Shown here: piece by piece, positions 42,370-51,773 of the stretch | How positions within the stretch are numbered: the stretch's first letter is position 1 | Layout: each line of letters starts with the position of its first letter | From: Candidatus Eiseniibacteriota bacterium | GTDB taxonomy: Bacteria; Chloroflexota; Dormibacteria; Dormibacterales; Dormibacteraceae | Reading direction: 5' to 3' | Assembly: GCA_035300725.1 (NCBI GenBank) | Contig: DATGVE010000134.1 | Location: 981-64,980, forward strand | Length of the DNA stretch: 64,000 nucleotides | Position numbers and translations under genes: made by a program | The notes under the pieces: model-generated | Databases searched by the model: none | What the model was told of the DNA's origin: nothing | The model's input: only the letters and a program-made list of their open reading frames with translations

Positions 42370-43742
42370 GCGGAGCGTACCCGCTGCCCGGTCCAGTAAA
42401 CCGCAGCAGCTACCGCGATGCTGACGAGGCCGCTCAGGTCCGCCCCGTGCAGCGCGTTTATCAGGTCCCCATTGAAGAACCTCGGCGCGCCGGCCAGGTT
42501 GCTGAAAAGGTTGGCGTAGTTCACGAACAAAAGACTCGTTGCCGTCCCGGCGATCCACGCGACCAGCGCGAGACGAGGTCTCAGCCTTCCCTCGAAGAGA
42601 AAGAAGCTGAGTAGCACGACAGCCGCCCAGGCGGGCGCCCACAGGTAAGTGAGTATCAGGAAGTCTTCGTAGGCGAGGTGAAAGTCGCTGACCAACACCG
42701 CATAAGCCGCAAGCAAGGTCCCGAGCACCCCGCAGGCCAACGCGGTCTGCCAGCGCTTGAGCTTGATCCCCATCGCGAGTGAGACGAGCCCGGCGGTGTA
42801 CACGTCCAGGTAATTGGCCCAGATCTCACCCAGCACGACGAAGACGAAAAACGGGATCGCAACCCATGCCGGAGCATGTGCCTGGATCACGGAGAACACA
42901 CCCTGGTCGGCGGCGAGCTTCGCGTCGATTGTGGGCAGCAGGAGGCCGAACAGACCGAGCAGCAGCATCGGAAGCGTGACTCCAACCGCCGGCCACAGCG
43001 TCACCGAGCGTGTGGCGCTGGACTTCGGGAGGTAGCGGGAGTAGTCGCTCGCGAACGGATACCAGGACGCGACCAGCGCGAAGCACGTCATGAAGCCGAG
43101 GACAAAGGCGCCCGGATAATCGGCGGCCGCGGCGGTGGGGCCCTGGCCCCAGTGGAACTGTGGAGCGAGAAACGCGAACAGGGCCAGCGACAGCACGATG
43201 AACACGATCGCGCCGTACGTTTCGAGGACCTTGATCGTCTGGTGACCGAAGATGGCGACGCCGACGCTGATCGCGGCGATCACGAGGACGAGTCCGAAGG
43301 TCAACCAGCGACTCCCGCCGCCGAAAAGTTGAGCACCCGCCTGCGCCGCAATCACGCAATCGACCGCGAACCAGCCGATCGCGAGAAAGAGCGTCAGGCC
43401 GGCGCCGATGTATGAACCGCGTAGTCCAAAGATCCGCCGTGTGTAGCCGATTTGCGGTTCGCCCGAGCGCGGACCGGTGTTGCTCAGCAACCCGAGGATC
43501 ACCGCGGCGGCGCCGGTGCCAAGCGCTGTCGCGACCAGGCCGTCCCAGACGCCGAGCCCGTAGAAGGTGGTCAGCAGGCTGGCGGTGAACAGGCTGGCGT
43601 AGTTGACGAAAGCACCCGCCCACAGGAAGGCGAGCTCGCGTGGTGAGCCGTGTCTCTCCGCCGCGGGAATCGAGTCGATCCCATGGCGCTCGACCTTGCC
43701 GAACGAATCCGATCCGACCGCTTGAGCAGCTATCTCGCTCAT
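42366..43742 (-). CDS. cytX: NCS1-family permease (CytX-like, probable HMP/thiamine-precursor transporter)
   Basis: 458 aa with 12 TM helices and an NCS1-like N-terminus ([20 protein letters not shown]). It sits in an operon with thiD behind a TPP riboswitch. Confidence 0.75.
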   Translation of the reverse strand: MSEIAAQAVGSDSFGKVERHGIDSIPAAERHGSPRELAFLWAGAFVNYASLFTASLLTTFYGLGVWDGLVATALGTGAAAVILGLLSNTGPRSGEPQIGYTRRIFGLRGSYIGAGLTLFLAIGWFAVDCVIAAQAGAQLFGGGSRWLTFGLVLVIAAISVGVAIFGHQTIKVLETYGAIVFIVLSLALFAFLAPQFHWGQGPTAAAADYPGAFVLGFMTCFALVASWYPFASDYSRYLPKSSATRSVTLWPAVGVTLPMLLLGLFGLLLPTIDAKLAADQGVFSVIQAHAPAWVAIPFFVFVVLGEIWANYLDVYTAGLVSLAMGIKLKRWQTALACGVLGTLLAAYAVLVSDFHLAYEDFLILTYLWAPAWAAVVLLSFFLFEGRLRPRLALVAWIAGTATSLLFVNYANLFSNLAGAPRFFNGDLINALHGADLSGLVSIAVAAAVYWTGQRVRSA

Positions 43743-43744
43743 TC

Positions 43745-43835
43745 CTCTCCCTCCGCTGGCATTACCCAGTTCAGGTTCATGCGGTCGGCGCTCCGGCGCC
43801 CTCTCAGCCTGGTTTTGACAAGCTCCCGCTACTGG
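43745..43835 (-). promoter_or_regulatory. TPP (THI-box) riboswitch
   Basis: The minus-strand read is ...GCGGGAGC..CAGGCTGAGAGGGCGCCGGAGCGCCGACCGCATGAACCTGAACTGGGTAATGCCAGCGGAGGGAGAGG-ATG. It contains the conserved CTGAGA, ACCTGA, GGGTAATGCC and AGGGA elements. The 3' end overlaps the RBS. Confidence 0.85.
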
Positions 43836-43849
43836 TCGATGTTAGCGCG

Positions 43850-44647
43850 TCAGGTCTGGCGCCAGGGCGCGGGGAGGAGGTAGGCGAGGATGCGGTAGAC
43901 ATCCGGATTCAGCGCGAGCCCTATGTGGCTGCCCTGGACCTCGACCGCGTTGACGTCGTGTCGCAGGCACGCCTTCCAGTTGACGACGCCATCGGAGCGC
44001 GAGTAGATCGAGGTCGTCGGCACCTTTGGTGCGGCGGCAAGGTCGCGCAAGAAACGCGCCTCGACGGACGCCGGGTGGCCGTAGCGAAACACGTTGTACA
44101 GGTGTGCCGCTCGGACGCCGGCCATGGTCAGCGGATGGATGTCGAAAGGATCCTGAAGGGGAGACCCGAGCGTGATCACCTGCTCGACGAGGTCCGGTTT
44201 CCTGTGCGAAAGCACCTTGGCCAGCACGCCGCCGCGGCTGTGTCCGACCAGTGAGACGCGCGCGCCGGTCTTGCGGTGGAGCTCGACGAGCGTATCGAGC
44301 AGCGGCCTGAGCATGACCTCTGAATACATGACGTTGAACGTGACGCCCGCCACACGCGGCTTGTAGCCGACGCGGCGCAACCACTGGAAGGGAGTGTGCA
44401 GGGTCCAATCGCCGGCAAGGAACCCGGGTACGAGCATCACCGGCCTTCCCAGTCCCGGTGGAATATCCACTCCGCGAAAGACGGGGTCGCGGATGAGGCG
44501 CAGATATTCGAAGTACACGCGACCCTCGAGCCACATCGGAGGAATCTGATCCCAACGACCCAGGTGGCGAAGGTCCGGGAGGATGGATGCTGCGATGCCA
44601 AGCCGGCTGCGGCGTTTGCCGCGATGAATTTCTGAGACGGGTTCCAA
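43850..44647 (-). CDS. alpha/beta hydrolase, lipase/esterase-like (paralog 1)
   Basis: 265 aa. Nucleophile elbow GHSRGG. Paralogous along its full length to 46241..46984. Confidence 0.7.
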   Translation of the reverse strand: MEPVSEIHRGKRRSRLGIAASILPDLRHLGRWDQIPPMWLEGRVYFEYLRLIRDPVFRGVDIPPGLGRPVMLVPGFLAGDWTLHTPFQWLRRVGYKPRVAGVTFNVMYSEVMLRPLLDTLVELHRKTGARVSLVGHSRGGVLAKVLSHRKPDLVEQVITLGSPLQDPFDIHPLTMAGVRAAHLYNVFRYGHPASVEARFLRDLAAAPKVPTTSIYSRSDGVVNWKACLRHDVNAVEVQGSHIGLALNPDVYRILAYLLPAPWRQT

Positions 44648-44670
44648 AGTGATTGCCTGAGCGTGCTCCG

Positions 44671-45561
44671 TTATGAAATTGCGGGCTCGGCGATTCTATA
44701 TGGGCTCCACGCGTTTAGGGCTCTCACGAACCGATCTGGTGTTTCCATCATCGGGACGTGACCGACTCCCTCGAGGATCGCCAGGGTCCAATCCGGTCTG
44801 CGGCGAGCCAGCTGTCGAGCCGCCGCCAGCGGTATGAGTCGATCGAGACTTCCGTGGATCACAAGGGTGGCGGCGTGCACCTTCGCCACACGGGACCAGA
44901 AGCGAGGATCCGCCAGGCGCAGGCTGATCGACCGGCTTGCTTGCAGGAACGCGCGGCCGTTTTGTTTGCCAAGGTGTTCTCGCTCGCGCGTCAGCTGGAT
45001 GTGAGCATCCAGCACCCCAGGCGCAACCCGGGACGGATCCGCGCAGACCAGCGCGAGGGCTTGCTGAACCAGACGCTCAGGGCCGAGCTCTCGCACCCGC
45101 CTCTCGAGCAGGATCTGCGCCAGGCCAGGTATCGAGAGTGCTGCCATCACGCCCAACAACGCGGGGTCATTGCGTTGATAGACATGGACGCTCGGGATGG
45201 CGGCATCGACCAGAACCATCGCGGTCACCCAGGATGGGTGGTCGGCGGCCTCGAGGACCGCGATGTAGCCGCCCATCGAGTTGCCCATCAGCACCACTGG
45301 CTCGCCGATCACCTTCTCGATGAATGAGTGCACCAGCTCAGCGTTGGTTCCGACCGCCGCGGACCGGTGGAAGAGAGGCGTCTGTCCGAATCCGGCGAGG
45401 TCGAGCGCGAAGGCGTGATAGTCCTTCGCCACCTCGGGGCCGACTGACATCCAGTTCAGCGCGCTGCCCCCGAGGCCATGCACCATCAGTAGCGGTGTTC
45501 CTGTGCCACCGAAGTCGAGGTAATGGACCGGGCCGTCCAGGTCTGCCGTCTTATGGCGCAA
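44671..45561 (-). CDS. alpha/beta hydrolase
   Basis: 296 aa, with HGLGGS oxyanion region, GNSMGG nucleophile elbow and C-terminal GHVPMME. Confidence 0.8.
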   Translation of the reverse strand: MRHKTADLDGPVHYLDFGGTGTPLLMVHGLGGSALNWMSVGPEVAKDYHAFALDLAGFGQTPLFHRSAAVGTNAELVHSFIEKVIGEPVVLMGNSMGGYIAVLEAADHPSWVTAMVLVDAAIPSVHVYQRNDPALLGVMAALSIPGLAQILLERRVRELGPERLVQQALALVCADPSRVAPGVLDAHIQLTREREHLGKQNGRAFLQASRSISLRLADPRFWSRVAKVHAATLVIHGSLDRLIPLAAARQLARRRPDWTLAILEGVGHVPMMETPDRFVRALNAWSPYRIAEPAIS

Positions 45562-45606
45562 TGCGTCAATCCTACGCCTGGCCTCCCCGCTTGGGGGTCG
45601 TGGAAT

Positions 45607-46194
45607 CTAGGTTTGGCCGGACGGCGGCTTTGCGAGGAACTCTCCTGCCATTCGCATGAGGATCTCGGCCACGGCGGATGGCGAGCGCCGCCCGTCCTTA
45701 TGAAGGCGGTCGAAGACCGAGAAGGACATCAGGATCCCGATCACGTCTTCGGCCTCCTTGACCGAACATCCCGGCCGAAGCAGGTCGTGTGCGGCGAATC
45801 TTTCGGCAAGAGCCCTGTCGCGATCGGACTCCTCGCTTTTCCCTCGGTGGTGGGCTTCGAGCCGCCTGTACAGGCTCGGATCTGCCGCCCAGGCTGAGCA
45901 GGCGTGCTCGATCCGGCGCCGCAGCTCATCCCTCGGATCGGAGCCGGTCTCCGCCACGGCAGTGTCGCCCGAGGGGGGGCCCATACCGGCTGCCAGCGCC
46001 TCCAGCAGCCGCTCCTTGGACCCGAACTGGTTATAGACGGTGATCCGCGAGACGCCGGCCCGGTGGGCGATCTTGCCCATGCTTGAGGCAGGGCCGTGCT
46101 CGCTGACCAGCTCGCGGGCGGCCGAGAGGATCGCGGACCTGGTGCGCTCGATCTCGCCTTGACGCCGCCCCAAGCGGTAGCCTCGAGGGCTCAT
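45607..46194 (-). CDS. TetR/AcrR family transcriptional regulator
   Basis: HTH SMGKIAHRAGVSRITVYNQFGSK. Confidence 0.85.
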   Translation of the reverse strand: MSPRGYRLGRRQGEIERTRSAILSAARELVSEHGPASSMGKIAHRAGVSRITVYNQFGSKERLLEALAAGMGPPSGDTAVAETGSDPRDELRRRIEHACSAWAADPSLYRRLEAHHRGKSEESDRDRALAERFAAHDLLRPGCSVKEAEDVIGILMSFSVFDRLHKDGRRSPSAVAEILMRMAGEFLAKPPSGQT

Positions 46195-46240
46195 TGAATT
46201 AGATTAGCAGACAGATTGTTCAATCAATTAAGGACCCCGG

Positions 46241-46984
46241 ATGCCCGATCCTCGCCTCGCGCAACACCTACCATCGCTCGCTGTGAAGCTCTGGGATCCG
46301 CTCGCGCTTCGCGAGTTCTCATCGCTGCTCCGGGATCCCGTGTTTCGCGGCCGAGGGGTGCCCCATGGCGACGGGCGGCCGGTCCTGCTGGTACCAGGGT
46401 TCCTCTCTGGCGACTGGTCGATGCGAATCCTTCAGGGCTGGCTCGACCGGATCGGCTACAAGGCGTACCTCTCGGGCATCCTCTTCAACGTCCAGCACTC
46501 GGAGCGAATGCTGGCCGGCTTGCGCCACCGCCTGGTCCAGGTGGAGGCGGAGGCAGGGTCGCGCGTGAGCATCGTGGGCCACAGCCGAGGCGGCCTGCTC
46601 GCCAAGGTCCTCTCGCAGCGGAGGCCGCGAAGCGTTGAGCAGGTGATCACGATCGGCTCCCCGCTGGCCGACTGGACCGACCTGTCTTTCGTGATGAGCC
46701 ACGCAGTGGGTGTGCTCAAGACCGCGAACGAGATCGCCTTCGGCCGCAACCTGAACACCGAAGGTCGTTTTTCTCATGACCTGAGCCTTCCTCCGGCCGT
46801 GCCGACGACTTCGATCTACACGCGCTCCGACGATGTCGTGAACTTTCGTTCCTGCATTCGGCCTGACATCCCGTCCATCTCGGTTTGGGGCAGCCACAAC
46901 GGCATGCTGGTCAACCCGGAGGTGTACCGGCTGCTTGGCCGTATGCTCGCGCGGCCCCGCCGGCCGGTAGGGTCTAATCCCTGA
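46241..46984 (+). CDS. alpha/beta hydrolase, lipase/esterase-like (paralog 2)
   Basis: 247 aa with GHSRGG. Collinear similarity to 43850..44647 (LRDPVFRG..GRPV.LVPGFL.GDW...VPTTSIY.RSDDVVN). Confidence 0.7.
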   Translation: MPDPRLAQHLPSLAVKLWDPLALREFSSLLRDPVFRGRGVPHGDGRPVLLVPGFLSGDWSMRILQGWLDRIGYKAYLSGILFNVQHSERMLAGLRHRLVQVEAEAGSRVSIVGHSRGGLLAKVLSQRRPRSVEQVITIGSPLADWTDLSFVMSHAVGVLKTANEIAFGRNLNTEGRFSHDLSLPPAVPTTSIYTRSDDVVNFRSCIRPDIPSISVWGSHNGMLVNPEVYRLLGRMLARPRRPVGSNP

Positions 46985-47847
46985 TCGCCGCCGCGATCGC
47001 GCTGGCTCTGGCTGCCGCCGTCATCCACGGCACCTGGAACGTCCTGGTCAAGGTGAGCGGCGATCCGATCGACACGTTTCAGCGCGCGACGGTCGCGGCA
47101 GCCGCCGTCATCACGCCGCTGACCGCGGTGGCGTGGTTGCTCTCCGGACGTCCCGGGCTTTCACCGGCCGCCGTGGGATGGTGCGTGCTTTCCGCCTCAT
47201 TGGAGCTCGTCTACCTCTGGCTGCTTGCGACCGCCTACCGCCGCGGCGAGATCTCCGTCGTGTACCCGATCGCGCGCGGGTCAGCCCCTTTGCTCGCTGT
47301 GGTGTTTGGTCTGGGTCTGCTGAATGAGAAATTGAGCGCCATGCAGTTGGTCGGGGTCGGACTTCTTCTGCTCGGCATCCTCGCTGTCACGATCCCTCAG
47401 ACCAGCGGCAGGGCGACAGTGCCTGCTCTGCTGACCGGGGTGGCAATCGCGTCCTACACGGCAGTCGATCGCGTCGGGGTGCGGCTCTCTACCCCGTGGC
47501 TTTACGGCTGGCTGCTGGTCACGCTGCTCGCCGTGGGACTGACCGTCTCGATCTGGGTCGCGGCCAGAGTGACAGCCTCGCGCACCAGGTTGGCGGACCA
47601 GGCTGGAGAACCACCACTCGGGCGCGCCAAAGCAACGCTGATCGGGCTCTTGATGTGGGGAGGCTATCTGCTGGTCCTGTGGGCCTTGAGCCTCGCCCCC
47701 CTCTCCGTCGTCGCACCGGTGCGCGAAACCGCGGTCGTCGGGGTGGCGGTTTGGGGGGTGTGGAGGCTGCGGGAAAGCAAGGCCGCTGCGCTGAAGCTCT
47801 CGGGTGCCGCGGCCACCCTGGTAGGGGTCAGCCTGCTCGCTTTTTGA
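46981..47847 (+). CDS. EamA/DMT-family transporter (start codon unresolved)
   Basis: 10-TM DMT pattern. The first helix LIAAAIALALAAAVIHGTWNVLVK lies upstream of the track's GTG 47053. The frame opens at 46978 with no ATG/GTG/TTG before that helix. Confidence 0.6.
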   Translation: MIAAAIALALAAAVIHGTWNVLVKVSGDPIDTFQRATVAAAAVITPLTAVAWLLSGRPGLSPAAVGWCVLSASLELVYLWLLATAYRRGEISVVYPIARGSAPLLAVVFGLGLLNEKLSAMQLVGVGLLLLGILAVTIPQTSGRATVPALLTGVAIASYTAVDRVGVRLSTPWLYGWLLVTLLAVGLTVSIWVAARVTASRTRLADQAGEPPLGRAKATLIGLLMWGGYLLVLWALSLAPLSVVAPVRETAVVGVAVWGVWRLRESKAAALKLSGAAATLVGVSLLAF

Positions 47848-47981
47848 TCTCCGAAAACCAGAAATCCGGTGGTAATCTAGATCAGTCGCCAGGCTTGGCA
47901 GGCGATGTGCGCCGCGGTCGTCGAGTTCTCGAAAGGGCCGTGCGTTCGTGACATTTGCTTTCGAGAATGGGAGTGAGGGAG

Positions 47982-48185
47982 ATGCCGACAGGCACCATCA
48001 AGAAATTGGTCTCCGACCGCGGATTCGGGTTCATCGCAGCTGAGGACGGGCGAGAGTATTTCTTCCATCGGACCGGCCTTGACTCGGCCGTGAACTTCGA
48101 CTCGCTGGCTGGCGGCGAGCGGGTCACCTTCGAGATCGAGCCGAGCCAGAAAGGCCCGCGCGCGAACCGCATCAAGCTCGCGTAG
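47982..48185 (+). CDS. cold-shock protein (CspA family)
   Basis: 67 aa from ATG 47982 after GGGAGTGAGGGAG. RNP motifs GFGFI and YFFH. Confidence 0.9.
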   Translation: MPTGTIKKLVSDRGFGFIAAEDGREYFFHRTGLDSAVNFDSLAGGERVTFEIEPSQKGPRANRIKLA

Positions 48186-48229
48186 CGAACTTTCACCAGC
48201 TGCCAGATCCGGGCGTTGGCCTTCCTTCT

Positions 48230-49213
48230 ATGAAGACCAAGGTCCAAACGTTCAACATCGTGCCGCGGGGGGATTACTCGCTCGAGGAGAGCGCTAACTT
48301 CATCGGCGCCTGGCACAAGGCGCCCTCCGACGGAGGCGGACCTGAAGGCCACCTCCACCTCGCCTTCCTGACGGACGGGGATTGGATCCCGGTGGGACTG
48401 TGTCTCCAGCAGGATTCGGGCGGACGTGTCACAGGGACCATCTACGGTGATGCGCCAGTCACCGAGGTGATGAAGAAGGTCGAACGCATCCTCAGCCTGG
48501 ACGTGGATGGTCGTGCCTGGCCCGAGGTGGGGAAGCGCGACCCCGTGGTGGCGAAGCTCCAGCGCATGTTCCCCGGTTTCCGGCCTGTGAACTGGTCGGA
48601 CGCGTACGAGGCGGCAGCGTGGTGCGTGATCTCGACGCGGATCTCTATGCGCCAGGGCCAGGGCATCAAAGAGCGGATGTCTCGCGAGCTCGGTCAACAG
48701 ATCGACGTGCATGGACACACCCTGTGGGCGTTCCCGGGCCCGGAGCGGCTGGCCCACCTGGAAAAGTTTCCGGGACTCTTCGGGCGCAAGGTCGAGTACA
48801 TGAACGCGCTGGGACGCGCTGCCCTGGCCGGTGAGGTCGACACCGAAACGCTGCGCGCAATGCCGCGCGAACAGTCGGTCAAGAGCTTGCAACGACTGCC
48901 GGGCATCGGAGCGTGGGGATCGGAGCTCGTGCGCTTGCGGGCACTTAGCGCGGTGGACGAGCTTCCGACTCAGGAGCGGCGCTTGATGGGCGCCCTTGGC
49001 ACCGCCTACGGCCTGGCGGGCGAGCCGGACGTGAAGACGCTGGAGAGGCTCGCCGCGAAATGGTCGCCTTACCGCATGTGGGTCTGCGTTTGCCTCAGGC
49101 GGACGTTGGATGGCGGCGCAGGTACGACCCACTCGCGCGCGGCTCGACAGCTAGCGCGACCCGCTTCGGACCAGGACCATCGCGGCGGCCCAGAGCAACG
49201 CTCCGCTACCTAA
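48230..49213 (+). CDS. HhH-GPD DNA glycosylase, AlkA-like
   Basis: 327 aa. HhH LQRLPGIGAWGSELVRLR. An N-terminal AlkA_N-like domain is plausible. The 3' end overlaps a convergent small membrane ORF. Confidence 0.65.
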   Translation: MKTKVQTFNIVPRGDYSLEESANFIGAWHKAPSDGGGPEGHLHLAFLTDGDWIPVGLCLQQDSGGRVTGTIYGDAPVTEVMKKVERILSLDVDGRAWPEVGKRDPVVAKLQRMFPGFRPVNWSDAYEAAAWCVISTRISMRQGQGIKERMSRELGQQIDVHGHTLWAFPGPERLAHLEKFPGLFGRKVEYMNALGRAALAGEVDTETLRAMPREQSVKSLQRLPGIGAWGSELVRLRALSAVDELPTQERRLMGALGTAYGLAGEPDVKTLERLAAKWSPYRMWVCVCLRRTLDGGAGTTHSRAARQLARPASDQDHRGGPEQRSAT

Positions 49214-49540
49214 CAGCGTCCACATAGCCAACGTGATCAGTGAGAGCTCCACCAGCGCCCCGAGGACGCACATCGCCGCGGCGCCGGCCAGCAGGAAGGC
49301 GCCAGGCAGGAGGACCCACGCGGAATACCACGGCGGCTGGACCGCGTCGCCGCGGTCGAGAAGTCGCCCGGCGATGAGGACCAGCGCCGCGACGATCACC
49401 GCCGGAATGGCGAGCTCCATGGCCCACAGCGCATGGACGGCTCCTGTGGCGGCACCGAGAAGGGGCTGAACGCCGGCCGCCGCGAGAGCCGCGGGCACCG
49501 CGAACACGAGCAGGCGCAACATCGCGCTCGCCGGCGGCAC
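49151..49540 (-). CDS. small hydrophobic membrane protein
   Basis: 129 aa with 4 hydrophobic helices. Could also be a shadow ORF. Confidence 0.35.
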   Translation of the reverse strand: MPPASAMLRLLVFAVPAALAAAGVQPLLGAATGAVHALWAMELAIPAVIVAALVLIAGRLLDRGDAVQPPWYSAWVLLPGAFLLAGAAAMCVLGALVELSLITLAMWTLLGSGALLWAAAMVLVRSGSR

Positions 49541-49542
49541 TT

Positions 49543-50937
49543 TTAGGAAGGCAACGCTGGAACTTGTGCGGGCAGCGTGAAAACCGGCTGTGTGTGGACC
49601 GTGCCGAGCTGCACGTCGCGGTAGTCGGCCGGCTGCGACAGCTGCGATATGAATAAAGCGTTGAAGGCCTGTCCACGCGCTTCCATCTCCGCTGGCGTGG
49701 TGATGCCTCTCGCATAGGGCTGGCGCGGCAGCCCGGAGTAGAGGTCCGCCGAATTGTAGAAATCAGAGTTGCCGTAGACGGAAGTCGCCGCATACGAATA
49801 GATCGCGACCCCCAGCACCTGGTTGCCACGGGCCGAGGGCGCAAGGACCCGGCGGATCATGGACAGGGAGTCTTCGGGGTAATTCAAGAACGCGCCCATT
49901 CCGGTGACAACTCGATTGGCGAAACCGGAATCCTTCTCGAATGCCACCCATCGATCGAACCATCCTTTCTCACGGAAGATCCAATCGCTGTCGTAGTTCA
50001 TCGGCACTCCAAAGTCGATATAGCCCTTGAGCAGCCAGTCGGCCCAGTCTTGAAAGACCGAAGAGTAGGCAGAGGTGCGCCACCAATCGGACAAACTCGC
50101 CGGACCACCGCCGAAACAGATGAGCGCCGCGCTGAGTTTCACCGATGGGTTCTTTTGCTTCAGGTCGTCGTGCAGGTCGCGTACGAATGCCGTCACACGG
50201 CCGCGACGCCACGCTTGCCACCGTGCGTCGTCGGGAGCAGGCACGCCACTCGCGCCCGTCTCTTGCCTGTACATGGCCAATGAAGCAGGCGTGTAGCCCC
50301 ACGTCGCTCCTGCATAACGGACGAAGTCCATGTGAAGGCCGTCCACGTCGTAGTTGCGCGCGACGTCCATGAAGACCTTGTGCGTGTAGGCCTGCACCTC
50401 CGGTATGCCGGGGTCGAGGTAGCCGCTGGTCGACCCGTCGTTGGCGCGATTGGCCCAGTCTCCGTGCATCAGGTACACGCCGCTCTCCTGACCGACGAAG
50501 AACGTGTTGAGCCAGGCATGCACCTCGATCCGAGGTCTCGAAGCATGGGCGAGCTGTATGAGATAGCCGAGAGGATCGAAACCTCGCGACCCTGCGATGT
50601 CCAGTGCGCGCGGTTCCTCGGATCGGTTGAAAAACGCTACGCCCCGCGTCCGAACCTGCACGAGGAGCGCGTTCAGGTTCGCTCGATGTGCGTCCGCGAC
50701 CAACTTCTCAACCTGGGCCCGTGAATGGATGCCGTCGTTGAACCCATCGACCCACATCGCCCGGTACTGAGAGGGTCCGTACGCGATGGGACTTGGGGAC
50801 GGTGAAGGCGAGGCAACCGGTGAGGGGGAGGGCGAAACAACGGGCGATGCAGTGACTCTGGCGGTGGCCGGTGGGGCGGGCGCACAGCTGCTCAAAAGCA
50901 GGACCAGGAGAAGGGCCCGACCCAGATTCCGCATCAA
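49543..50937 (-). CDS. lipoprotein, glycoside-hydrolase-like family 10 (GHL10/DUF187)
   Basis: Signal peptide + lipobox LLLSSC, then a Ser/Pro linker. TIM-barrel-like body (MWVDGFNDG..., HAWLNTF, DGLHMDFVRY). Confidence 0.6.
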   Translation of the reverse strand: MMRNLGRALLLVLLLSSCAPAPPATARVTASPVVSPSPSPVASPSPSPSPIAYGPSQYRAMWVDGFNDGIHSRAQVEKLVADAHRANLNALLVQVRTRGVAFFNRSEEPRALDIAGSRGFDPLGYLIQLAHASRPRIEVHAWLNTFFVGQESGVYLMHGDWANRANDGSTSGYLDPGIPEVQAYTHKVFMDVARNYDVDGLHMDFVRYAGATWGYTPASLAMYRQETGASGVPAPDDARWQAWRRGRVTAFVRDLHDDLKQKNPSVKLSAALICFGGGPASLSDWWRTSAYSSVFQDWADWLLKGYIDFGVPMNYDSDWIFREKGWFDRWVAFEKDSGFANRVVTGMGAFLNYPEDSLSMIRRVLAPSARGNQVLGVAIYSYAATSVYGNSDFYNSADLYSGLPRQPYARGITTPAEMEARGQAFNALFISQLSQPADYRDVQLGTVHTQPVFTLPAQVPALPS

Positions 50938-51773
50938 GCGATGGCGAACAACACGTGATTCCGCCCGGTGGTCTCGATCGCGCCCGGATGTGTTCGCTTC
51001 AATGTTTCGATCGCCTCATCGGCGAACTTCTGACGGCGGTCGGCACTAACTCCTTCCATTCGAGCCGCGCAGTCCCACCAGCTGGTGAACATGGAGACCA
51101 TCTGCTCGGCCGATTCCCACATCACGGTCTCGTCGACCACTTCGACATCGCCGGACAGAAAGCCCGCATCGAGCGCTGCCTTCGCGAACTTCTTCGCGTC
51201 CTCGATCACACCCCGTGTGGCTGTCTGATCAACCGCACGAGGGGCGGGCCCGAGCCAACGATCGACCACCGCGTCCACCGTCGACCAAACCGAAGCTGCC
51301 GTCCTTGTCACCGGGACGCTGGCAGCGAACCTTGCCGTGGGGCGCAGGACCCGTCGCGCCTCGCGCAACGCTACGGGGAGCTGGGGCACGAATTGAAGCC
51401 CGTGCCCGCACACGGCGGCATCGAACGACGCATCCGCAAATGAGAGCTGCTCGATGTCCATCACTTCAAATCGGGAGTTGGGAATGCCCGCCGCATCGGC
51501 CAGCGCGATCATCCCCGGGGCGAGATCCACGCCAACGACCTCCCCGCCCGGCGAAACGTCTAGTGCCAGGCGCCGGCTAAGTGTCCCGGGCCCGCAGGCG
51601 AGATCCAGAACCCGCATGCCAGGCTGCGCGTCCACGAGCTCGATGGCGCGCAGTCGGCCGCGTGCTTCGTCGTGGGCCATGATCTCCTCGAGGCGCCGCT
51701 GATAGGCGGCCGCATGACGGCTGAATACAGCCGGAAAGAGGTCCTTCGACTTCAAGGGCTGAGATTGTGCCAC
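50934..51773 (-). CDS. class I SAM-dependent methyltransferase
   Basis: Motif I VLDLACGPG. Start is GTG 51773, or TTG 51755 (TTGA overlap with the amidase stop). The long track extension is rejected. Confidence 0.75.
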   Translation of the reverse strand: MAQSQPLKSKDLFPAVFSRHAAAYQRRLEEIMAHDEARGRLRAIELVDAQPGMRVLDLACGPGTLSRRLALDVSPGGEVVGVDLAPGMIALADAAGIPNSRFEVMDIEQLSFADASFDAAVCGHGLQFVPQLPVALREARRVLRPTARFAASVPVTRTAASVWSTVDAVVDRWLGPAPRAVDQTATRGVIEDAKKFAKAALDAGFLSGDVEVVDETVMWESAEQMVSMFTSWWDCAARMEGVSADRRQKFADEAIETLKRTHPGAIETTGRNHVLFAIA

